NCBI RefSeq assembly: GCF_009914755.1 | Contig: NC_060942.1 | DNA length: 64,000 nucleotides | Strand: one strand, 5' to 3' | From: the human T2T-CHM13v2.0 reference genome, Homo sapiens | Part shown: piece by piece, positions 48,540-64,000 of the stretch | Position numbering within the stretch: position 1 is the first letter of the stretch | How the letters are laid out: each line of letters opens with the position of its first letter | The notes under the pieces: generated by a model | The model's input: the letters and a program-made list of their open reading frames with translations, nothing else | Told to the model about the DNA's origin: nothing | Database searches by the model: none | Program-made: the position numbers and the translations under genes

Positions 48540-50673
48540 TCAGTACTGTGCTCTGTGTGACTAGGGCAACCAAGCCTGGAAATACAAGTCGGCCTTGAAC
48601 ACCAGGACTATTCCTGGTGTGCAGCATCCCGGACAAATGCACACAGCTTGTTCTAATACAAATACGTACACAACTTGTTTTTAAAATGTGTTGCAACATT
48701 CATAGGCCCACATGATGTATATAGATTTATTGATAAATTATGATGGATTTAGAATAATAGAGAGATAAGAGGGACTTCTGTATTTAATCATCCAGCCAAT
48801 GCACATGAAGGTTCTCTGTAGTGTCCAGGCGCCATCTCTTCTTGCTCTTTATTGTCAAGTGCCTTTCCTGGCTAAGGTCATATCTCCAGGAGGAAAAGGT
48901 AGCAAAGCTATGAGCACTGCCCATGCTGTGGCTCTCAGGAACCCATTTGTGCTGAAGCAGTGTCGACCTTCCTGTCTCTGCAGCTGCCTGGGACTTATAC
49001 CCTGCTGGTGGCATCCCCTCTTGTGAGGTTGCAGCATCGCTTGCTGTCGTGCATGCTGGCTTCTGCTGATGCTCTCAAAGCTGCTTCTGGACTTCCTTGA
49101 TTATCACCAATGCCAGTCCTACCTGCAGGATGCATGAGAATACAAAGGCTGGTGCCTCTTCTGGTCATTGTAAATTCACCACTTGGGATTTTATAGCATG
49201 AAGGTGGAAGAGAATCTTCCATCCATGTCTTTTGAACTCTTTAGCATAATCACTGAAGTCTTAGAAAGTGATCTCTCTCAAGGCTGAGCCCACCCTGGTG
49301 TCCACACCCTGCCACAGTGCGGTGGGGGGTAGCAAGGAGCCTACACCTTCCCAGCAAGCCAGAAGCTCATCCTGAAGGACTTGAGCCTGACCAGGTAAAA
49401 TGAGAGATTGTCACATTGACTGCAGGCAAGAGAGGACAACTGCAGGTCCCATTAGCAGTGGATAGCAAAGGTCACGCAAGTCCTCAGAGGACACAGCATG
49501 TGGCCTGCAGAGGGGCTGAAGCGACCCCTTTGGGTGCTAGAGGCAGGGGCATGGGTATAGGACACTGCGGCCACCCCCCCACCCTCAGGTGCTGTGGCCT
49601 ATGGGCAGCATCGCACCCAGATGGGCCACGCTCGTCCACACACATGCCTGTCAGTAACTGAGTGCTCTGAGCTGGCCATGAACCTGAGGCAATCGAGAGT
49701 CACCAAAGCCAGTGTGTCGGTGACACTCTGGTGGCCCGGCCGCTTGAGATTCCAGGGGAGAGGCACTGTGCCAGTAAGAGTTTGCATGGACTCACTGCCC
49801 TCCAGGAACTGTCCATGGACAGGGAATCTTCCCCACCCTCTTCCCACCCCTCCAGCCCTGGCCAGCACTTTGGGCTGTGGATCTGCACTCACGGTGGGAA
49901 GTAGAGGGTCAGAGTGTGCTCTGAAGAAGAGAAATGGGTACAGAAACCCCTGAGAGTCCTGGTCTGGGCCTGGGGTGCCCACCCAGTCGGCCAGACCCAG
50001 TGGGGGGCTTGGAACATGTTACGAAGGTGGCACAAAGCAGGCTTCTGAGGCACAGCACCTGCCTCTAAAGGCTGAGTCCCAACCGCAGCAGTCGCTGAAT
50101 GGTGACTTTTTCTGTCTATTCACTGGAGCGAGGGGTTGTTCTTATTACCACTGTTGGGGGTGGGGAGCAAATGTGGAAAGCTTTGTGCCTTCCAGCCAGA
50201 GGTACCCCAGCACTCTGTTTAGCCAGACTGTTAGTAAATGTACAGTAATGGCTTATAGAATAAAGAAAGAGAAGTTCGGGAACACATCGTTCTCATCCAC
50301 TAAAAATAACTTTGAATGCTTATTTTTTTTAGTAATACTCTTTTAGCTATAGATTTGCTTCATAGGCTCTTGAATCCTTGACTCTCTCCGGCTAAGCTCT
50401 GAGACTAACTTTTAAAATGTTGTTTTAAGGAAGGCTAATGTTTTTACAGGGCTTGCCAAAATAGATAGGGATGACTTTTTAAAATAACAGTTCCAGGAAA
50501 TATGTAATGACTTTTTTTAAACAAAGGATTCAGAATCTGGATTGTGGAAAATGCTGTATTGATGCTTCCTACAACATTTTTGGGAATCTTTTAAAATGAA
50601 AGTAATGATTTAATTAACAAAAATATGTGGCTTAAGGGACTGTTTGTGGGGCACTTTGGATTGTTTAAAGCTA

Positions 50674-50983
<310 letters not shown>

Positions 50984-51165
50984 TTACAAGCGGGAAGGAA
51001 ATTTTCCATACATTATGAGAGTGAACAGTGATTGTTTCTTTATTATATGGATTTTTAAACTCGCTCAAATTTTAAGTATTTACCCATCCTGGGTTTTTAG
51101 ACTCTAGCATCCGCTTTCAAATGAAAACTTTATGCAAGCAGTTTTGCCTTTCTAATGTTTTTCCA

Positions 51166-51280
51166 AGGAAGAAAGAAGAGAAGGAGATGGAAGGAAGGAA
51201 GGAAGGAAAGAAGGAAGGAAGGAAGGAGGGAGGGAGGGAGGGAAGCAAAGAAGAAGAGAGGAAGGGAGAGAAAGAAAATA
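51166..51280. repeat. (GGAA)n/(GGGA)n polypurine tract
   Basis: (GGAA)5 at 51189-51208 followed by further interrupted units. Confidence 0.93.
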
Positions 51281-51870
51281 GAAACTTCTGGATTCATAAT
51301 TACGGACCACCTAGCTAATCATATCCACTTTGTGTCTGTGTTTAAAGGACAGGACAAACACACTACGCTTTCAGCCTGATTTCTCAGTGACACCGCCTTG
51401 CAAAGACTACTTGTATGTTACTCTCTGCTTTACATGGCTACGTTGTTTGAGGGCAGGAGTTGGTGAGAATTAGTTTGGAAAACTGACTTCTCTCATTCAG
51501 ACATAGCTTTTCTGGAGCAGAGTTTTCCAGAACATTTACTGGCAGCATAACATAGATGATGTCACAGAAGTAATTCCCGCACTGCCAAGCTGCTTAATTC
51601 CCCTGTTAAATGCTGCCCTGATGTCAGCTGCCCACGCCAGGAAGACTGCCAGAGGTGTGCTGCATTCACAGACTCCTTACCACCCCCAGGAAAGCCACCC
51701 TTTTCACTAACATTAATTTCAAATAATAAGTTATATTTTTCTAATCAATATTTGATTTATTTGAGATTTGAAATTTTAACTAAGACTTTTAGAAGTTAAT
51801 TCATTTCAAATGATAGAGCCTGATCTCATGACACCAGTGTCATCTATAGTGGGGCTGGGAAAAGACATGA

Positions 51871-52273
<403 letters not shown>

Positions 52274-52824
52274 TAGCCAGGATGGTCTCGATCTCTTGAC
52301 CTCGCAATCCACCTGCCTCGGCCTCCCAAAGTGCTGGGAATACAGGCGTGAGCCACCGCGCCCGGCTAATTCCTTTATATTTCTAGTCCTAACTTTCAAC
52401 GTTTTGGATATAAAATGGCATTTTGTATAATAGAAGACCTTGAAGGTCTTTTTATAGTTCTGTTATTCTAAGAACTCATTGCTTCATCAAAGGAGAGAAC
52501 TGGACACAGGAATTTAGTGGCCAAGAAAGACCTTCGCTATTAACACTCTTATTCACGTTATATTGCAGTACTGCGTGGGGATGAGTGAGTATCTGGGCTT
52601 ACTTAGAAGGTACTCTGGTATTTATAAGAATGAAGAGCACCAGTTCATTTTCAGTAAATCTACTGCCATAAATCATTGTGTTCACATCTCTATCAAACAT
52701 AAATCAAGCCAGGCGCGGTGGCTCACGCCTGTAATCCCAGCACTTCGAGAGGCCGTCACGGGCGGATCACGGGTCAGGAGATCGAGACCATCCCGGCTAA
52801 CACGGTGAAACCCCATCTCTACTA

Positions 52825-53154
<330 letters not shown>

Positions 53155-53722
53155 TCAAGCGATTCTCCTGCCTCAGCCTCCCGAGTAACTGGGATTACAG
53201 GCGCCTGCCACCACGCCTGGCTAATTTTTGTATTTTTAGTAGAGATGGCGTTTCGCCATGTTGGCCAGGTTGGTCTCGAACTCCTGACCTCAAGTGATCC
53301 GCCTGCCTTGGCCTCCCAAAGTGCTGGGATTACAGGCGTGAGCCACCACACCCGGCCAATACTATTTTTTAATTCTAGCTAATATATACAAATTTTATTG
53401 ATCTAGATGTACTTTAGAGCAAATTTTAAAAGTCCACCAAAATCTTGTTGGTCGAAACTCTTTTAAATATATAGATTAATTTGGGGGAAATTGCCTTTAC
53501 AGTATTGAATCTTCCTTTCCACTTGTTCAAATCATTTGTGCATAGTGCAGTGCTTATAGAACTCTCCACATATGAATTCTGCGTAATTTTTCTTAATAAT
53601 AACAGCGAATACGAATTGAACTCTTACTATGTCAGAAACTGTTTTAAGTACTTTAAGAGTATTAACATTTTAATCCACAACCCTACAGATAGTTCCATTG
53701 ATTAATATTATTCCTACATAAT

Positions 53723-56700
53723 AGCCCGCGCTGCTCAGCAGACTGGGAGGCCCGGCGTCCCCGGGCGAACGGAGGCTACAGGTTGGGGCAGGCCGGGTGG
53801 GGCCCAGCGAGTGGGCGGGGGCGCGAGCGGGAGCGGAAGCGGGCCCGGGCCGCACTGCTGCCGCGTCTAGCCGCCTCCCAGGCTGCCTGCGCCGCGTGGC
53901 TCGCCCCCGGGACTTGCCAGCAGCGAGTGGGGCCTGACTAGCTCTTCACCACGCTCCACTGCATCGGCAAGGGCTGGTTCTGGGAGAGGCGCAAGGGCAT
54001 CGACCTCCGCACCAATCAGGTGGTGGTCATTAGGGCAGTGGACCCGGAGGAGGCCGAGGACGCCCAGCAGGAGAACCCTGCGCTCAGCTGTGCTACAGCC
54101 CCGAGTCACCGCTGCTCTTGCTGCCCTCTGTGAGTTTCCCCCGGAGGCCCAGAGCGGCGGCAGCGCGCAAGACTTGCAGAACTCGGGCCCCCTGGAGGAG
54201 ACCTGCCCGCCACGGTCTTGGGGAGGTTCCGGAGGGCCTCGGTTGTCTGCACTCCCAACACCAAGAAACCCCTGAGACGCGAAGCTGCCAGCGTGCTGCC
54301 CTCAGAGCAGGGCGACGCAAAGCCAGCGGACCCCGGGGTGGCGGGGCAGCCCACAGACACGCAGGTCGACTGGAACAGTTCTTGGCAGCCTCTTCTGGAG
54401 GGCGTCTGAGGTCGTCAGCAGCGGCCTACGACTTCAAGGCAGGCTTCTGACCCCTGGGGATCACGCCCATCGGACTAGCCAAGGAGGAGCCTTCGCACTC
54501 CGACCTGCACCGCATGCGCGCCCAGTTCCTGATCCCCAAGAGCAGCCCGTCTGAGCTGGAGGACCGCGGCAAGCCCTTGGAGGAGCTGGCAGGCCTGGCC
54601 CGACGAGGACCCCGCGTCCTGACACTGTCAAGGAGCTCCGGGAGCGCAAGGCGACCGCGCGCTCCGCCAACACCTTTTCTTCCGGGGTTCATGGGCGCTG
54701 CCGGCGCTGGAAATCCCAGGGGCACGGCGAGGAGCCCAGCTCCTAGGATCCCGACATCGCCAGCGCGGCAGAGGACGCGGATCAGGCCTCCCCCCAACCC
54801 GGCGTCCCTCTACAGTCCGGCCGAGTCCACGCAGCAAGCTGTACTGGAGGACGGCCCTGCACGGCTCGCAGAAGCCCGCGGAGCCCGTCGAGAGGCCCCG
54901 TGTTCGTCCACGCTGGGCGGCGCGCCTTCCGGGAGCGCAGAGAGAAGCGCAGGCAGAGCGGCGGCCGCAAGACCCGCCTTGGAGCTCCACGAGCCGGTGC
55001 TGCACACGGCAGAATCCCCTCGACGTGGGCCCGCAGAGCCGGGGACAGAGAGAGTCTGAGCTCTGTTAACAGTGGTGCTGACTTGGAAGGTGCCTCGTGT
55101 GCGTTGGGCCTACAGGCCACGTCTCCTCCCACCCCTGCGCTGTGCCGTCCTGCACGCGGGGATGCGGGTCCCTGCGACCATCTCCCCTCCCCTCCTGGCC
55201 CCACTGCAGCCACACCAGGCAGCGGAGCCCGACCCCTCTGCGGGCCCGCGCGGCCCAGTGGCTGCTCAGACTAAGGAGCACAGCAACTATCGGGCAGCTC
55301 TGCCTCCTTCTTCCACGGGTTATTGGGGAGGCGACAGGGCAGCCCCCAGAGGAGCGCCCCAGCCGGGCCTTCTTATCCTGCCCCGGGCCGCTGTGCTCTC
55401 GGCCCGTGATGGCCATAGATTTGCCTTGTGGTGTTGGATCAGGAACTGTGTTTGCTCTTAAGTGCTTGTGTGATCCAGAATGTTTTGTTTTTTAAGGAAA
55501 TTGGTCTTTTCAGTTGGGTGTTCAGTGGTTTTCCAGATCACGTCTGATGGATCCTCGGATTATAACAGAGAACATGGCGGCCCAGAGGGAATGGACCCAG
55601 ATGGTGTCATCTAGAGCAACTGGGATGAGATTGTTGATAACTTTGATGATATGAACTTAAAGGAGTCTCTTCTTCGGGCCATCTATGCTTATGGTTTTGA
55701 GAAGCCTTCAGCTATTCGACAGAGGGCTATTATTTTCTGCATTAAAGATCCAAAAAGTAATTCCGGCACCTGGAGACTATATGGGAGCCTGCATTGTCTT
55801 GCTTGCATTGGTGGAACAAATGTTCGAAATGAAACGCAAAAACTGCAGGCCGAAGCATCACATACTGCTGTTGGTACACCAGGGAGAGTGTTTGCTTTGT
55901 TAAACAGAAGATATTTTCTCCAGAATGGATCAAAACCTTTGTTTTGGTTGAAGCAGATGAAATATTGACCCAAGGGTTTAAGAATCAAATAATGAGATTT
56001 TCCAAAAATTAAATACAAGTATTCAGGTTGTGTTGCTTTCTGCCACAGTGCCAACTGATATGTTGGAAGTGACCAAAAAATTCATGGGAGATCCAATTTG
56101 AATTCTGGTGAAAAAGGAAGAATTGAACCTTGAAGGAATCCGTTTTATATTAATATTGAGAGAGTAATGGAAGTTGGATACACTTTGTGACTTGTACGAG
56201 ACACTGACCATTACACAGGCTGTTATTTTTCTCAATACAAAGCACACTGTCAACTGACTGAGAAAATGCATGCCGCGGACCTCACAGTTTCTGCTCTGCG
56301 TGGTGACATGGACGAGAAGGAGAGAGATGTTATCATGCGGGAATTCCAACCAGGGTCAAACCGTGTTCTGATCACTACTGACTTGGTTTGTGGGACTGAT
56401 GTGCAATAAGTGTCTTTGGTTATAAGCTATGATCCACCTACCAATTGTGAAAACAACATTTGCAGAATTGGCAGAGGTGGTTGATTTAGGAAGAAAGGTG
56501 TGGCTATAAACTTTGTTACTGAAGAAGGCAGGAGGATTCTTGGTGACACTGACACTTTCTACAGTACTACAGTGGAGGAAATGCCCATAAATGTGGCTGA
56601 CCTTATTTAATTCCTGGGATGAGATAGTTCTGGATGCAGTGCTCAATGTTGTTGAATGGGTGATCACAACCTGCATTATGCCTCTTTCTTTGGGAATATT

Positions 56701-57548
56701 TGAATCTTGTCTCAATGCTCATAATGGGCCAGAAATACAGATTTTGATAGCAAAGCAACATTAGTCATGAGGTCTTGTGAGGAAAGTCATTGGCTTTATC
56801 CTCTTTAGAGTTAGACTGTTGGGGTGGGTATAAAAGATGGGATTTGTAAAATCTTTCTTCTTTAGTAATTTATTTCTTAGTTCTGTAGAAATGGTTGTAT
56901 TCAATGTTCTCTATCATTTAATACTATACTTGTGGACTAAAAGATACAAGTGCTGTATAAAATCAGCTAACTATGTTAAATGACCATATCTGTCTTTACT
57001 GCGTTTGTCATTAGCCTGAGTAGAAAGGCCTTTCAAATTGTTTTTTAAGAAAGCATTTGAATGCATTTTGTTTGGTATTGTGTTTTTTGTTTTTTGTTGT
57101 GAGACAGTGTCCCGCTCTGTCACCCAGGCTGGAGTGCAGTGGTGCCATCTTGGCTCACTGCAGCCTTGACCTCTTGGACTCAAGTGGTCCTTCCACCTCA
57201 GCCTCCCCAGTAGCTGGGACTACAGGCACTGGCCACCACACATGGCTGATTTTTGCATATATTGTAGATACAGGGTTTCACCATGTTGCCCAGGCTGGTC
57301 TTGAACTCCTGGACTCGAGGATCTTGCCCACCTCAGCCTCCCAAAGTGCTGGGATTACAGGTGTGATTACTGGCGCCCAGCCTTTGGTATTATATTTATT
57401 CAATAAAGTATTTAATTAGTGCTAAAAAAAAAAAAGAAAATTGAATTTGTTTCCTTAAATATCCTTAGGTTAAGATGTTAGTTTTCATAAAACATTGAGA
57501 AGCCTCTGCCAATTTCAATAAAGACCTGACTTGGAAAAAATATATATG

Positions 57549-57587
<39 letters not shown>
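53723..57587 (+). pseudogene. STK25P1: STK25 (YSK1/SOK1 kinase) processed pseudogene, split by a nested EIF4A2 retrocopy
   Basis: Intronless decayed kinase motifs: AASVLPSEQGDAKPADPGVAGQPTDTQ (parent [27 protein letters not shown]) and AYDFKAGF*PLGITPIGLAKEEPSHSDLHRMRAQFLIPKSSP (parent [42 protein letters not shown]). Start codon ATG>GTG near 53896. The 3' UTR resumes at ~57444 with AATAAA near 57517. TSD 53705-53722 / 57588-57605 (16/18 match). Confidence 0.9.
55504..57433 (+). pseudogene. EIF4A2P1: EIF4A2 processed pseudogene; CDS remnant 55540-56610
   Basis: [40 protein letters not shown] and [11 protein letters not shown] match EIF4A2. ATG>ACG at 55540, TAG at 55612, frameshifts, no introns. 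Long 3' UTR, AATAAA 57402-57407, A-tail, TSD aaggaaattg / aagaaaattg. Confidence 0.96.

Positions 57588-57590
<3 letters not shown>
57541..57590. repeat. (TA)n/(CA)n microsatellite at the STK25 retrocopy tail
   Basis: Read directly from the sequence. Confidence 0.95.
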
Positions 57591-57592
<2 letters not shown>

Positions 57593-58364
57593 ATTCCTAT
57601 ATAATTTATATTTTTGTTGCTGTGTTGAGTGGGATGATTCCCCTTTGCATTTTCTAGCTGAATAATGATGATATAGGAAAGCTATTGATTTTTGTAAATA
57701 TGTTTTGTAACTGGTGCATATCTCTTTTTTGTTTTAACAAGTTAAAGAAGCCTGGGCAACATGGCGAGATCCCACCTCTATAGGAAATTTAAAAAATTAG
57801 CCAGGCATGGTGGCATGGAGTGAAGTCTCAGCTACTCGGGAGGCTAAGTGGGAGGATTGATTGGATCCAGAAGTTTGAGGTTGTACTGAGCTATGATTGT
57901 ACCACTGCACTCCAGCTTGGGTAATAGAGCAAGACTCTGTCTCAAAAAACAACAACAAAAAACAAATAAGTTAAAGAAAGTAACAGCCCTGTAATCCCAG
58001 CACTTTGGGAGGCCAAGGAGGGCGGATCATGAGGTCAGGAGATTGAGACCATCATGGTTAACACGGTGAAACCCTGTCTCTATTAAAAATACAAAAAATT
58101 AGCCGGGCGTGGTGGCGGGCGCCTGTAGTCCCAGCTACTCAGGAGGCTGAGGCAGGAGAATGGCGTGAACCCGGCAGGCAGAGCTTGCAGTGAGCCGAGC
58201 TCTCGCAGCTGCACTCCAGCCTGGAGACAGAGCGAGACTCCATCTCAGAAAAAAAGAGAAAGTACCAGCTCAGCAACCACTTAAGAATGCTGCTCTATAA
58301 TAAATAACGTATGATTATACACACTTATATTAGCATAAGCTTTTTAGTAAACTTTATTTGAATA

Positions 58365-59604
<1,240 letters not shown>

Positions 59605-59876
59605 CTTTTGTCATTAATCATATTTAACAATAAGAATTACTATCATCTAAGAAGATTCCACTAAGTGACAACACTGTATTTGACACATTACATATGCAAT
59701 CTCATTGAATCCTTGCCACAACACTGTGTAGTAAGAATCGTCATATCCATTTTACAAATGAAAAACTGAGGCTCAGAGAAAATCAGTAACTTCTCTAAGA
59801 TCATACATTTCTACTCTGTTGCTTTGTATAGAACTTGTAAACATACACCACCTGTTCTCAAGTTTTAAAATTTTTA

Positions 59877-60026
<150 letters not shown>

Positions 60027-60441
60027 CTAGCTAGGCATGGTGGCACATGCCTGTGGTCCCAGCTACTCAGAAGGCTGAGGCGGGAGGACTACTCGAGCCC
60101 AGGAGTTCAAGGTTGTAGTGAGCTATGATGGCGCCACTGTACTCCAGCGTGGGTGACAGAGTGGGAGCCTGTCTCTAAAAAAAAACCTAAATAAATAAAA
60201 CTGTTAATTATAAAAGACTGTAATTAGACTTTGGTAGTCTAAGATAAAGAGAAGTGAAGAGGGCCCAACGTGGGTGAATTTCTGCAGTGCTGTGTTCTTA
60301 AAACCTGGGTTTTAGCATGCACGTCTTCCTCTCTATAATTTCACTATAGTTTGAGATAAGGAGGTGTGATGTTGTTGTCTGAAGGTGGCTTCTGAGTCCA
60401 TGAGTCTATGAATGTCTTATCTGAGTCTCAAAAAGCTTTAA

Positions 60442-60765
<324 letters not shown>

Positions 60766-60998
60766 TGATCTCAGGTGACCCACCCACCTAGGCCTCCCAA
60801 AGTGCTGAGATTACAAGCATGAGCCACCGCGCCCAGCCTACCTTTTCTTTTAAAGTCTATTTTAAGTTGTGCTAAGGCTTTATTTCAAGGTGTCTCATAA
60901 ACGCTACCTTTCTCCTTAATATTTTCACTTTGTTAGCTACACTAGAATTAACTCAGACCTGTTAGCAATGAGACTATCGTGTTCTTCCATTCTCCTGA

Positions 60999-61379
<381 letters not shown>

Positions 61380-61978
61380 TAAAGCTTTTGTGTTTCTTTC
61401 TCTCTCCTCCTAGTCTAACACTTTTAGAAATTTTATCATTTCTTTTTTCTTATAATGAAATACTTAACTCCAGCTTTTCATAACATGCCAGGTATGTAAC
61501 CGAAAAAGGTGCTTTCTCCTTCTACTTGGAAATTATAACCTTTCTTTCTTTAAGGCAACTCTTCTCACAGCTTATGGTTATGATCTACAGATCTTTATGG
61601 TAGTCTCAACTCAGAGTTGCCCTTAAAACAAAGTAGGGTCTACCAGTCATGTAAGTTATTTGACTTCATGTAGACACACAGGAAAGGTTGATTGTACTGA
61701 ACTCAGGCAGGTCCGTTTGTTGAACTGAAAGCCTGAATCTAGCCAGTGATATTTCCAACCCAGTTCTGTTGAGAATTAGTTAATAACCTTCAGCTTGGTA
61801 TAATGCTTATAAAATTTATTAGATTTGAATAAATAAATTGAAGAGAACCCTGGTTTGGAAATTCAAACATACATATACGTGACTATGGGAGAGAAAGGTA
61901 CAATGAACTGTGATTTGGTAAAATGTCACATTAAAGAATTATTATTTTATAACTTTAGCAGCTTTAATAAAAGCTGCT

Positions 61979-63825
<1,847 letters not shown>

Positions 63826-64000
63826 AATAAAAGCTGCTGAAACCACTTAGCCTCCTTCACAGTGAAAATGGTGCTATGTTTTTCACGCCTATTTGCAAAC
63901 TTTGTGCCAAACTAAATGTTAACAAGAACTTTAAAGAAAAGTTTCACCTCCAAACCACAAACAGTGCTCTGAAAGTGCAAAAACAGCAAAAAGTCAAACA

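Noticed and set aside
54514-55059. 181-aa ORF in the STK25 retrocopy as a possible retrogene protein
   Set aside because: Only the first ~25 residues follow the kinase frame. Catalytic motifs are destroyed and the length is explained by GC content.

Overview
Eukaryotic (human-like primate) genomic DNA, not prokaryotic. The window holds the 5' end of PTPN2 (T-cell protein tyrosine phosphatase) on the minus strand: a CpG-island promoter, coding exon 1 (26752-26820), a 24.8 kb intron 1 containing an antisense full-length SVA, and coding exon 2 (1874-1964). About 37 kb of repeat-rich upstream DNA follows. It contains an unidentified CpG-rich, (CGG)9-headed retroposed fragment with poly(A) and TSD (38959-39817) and a decayed ERVL provirus. 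It also contains a MER41 solo LTR with two intact STAT GAS sites and a nested retrocopy stack (AluJ inside an exon-skipped EIF4A2 retrocopy, inside a CpG-rich STK25 retrocopy). Dozens of Alus plus L1, L2, MIR, MLT and Tigger fragments fill the rest. Almost all ORFs in the supplied track are Alu-, SVA- or GC-content artefacts. Gene and repeat-family assignments come from recognition by eye and remembered sequences, not database searches, and repeat boundaries are approximate. I see no wholly new biological system; the best leads are regulatory and retrotransposition-related.
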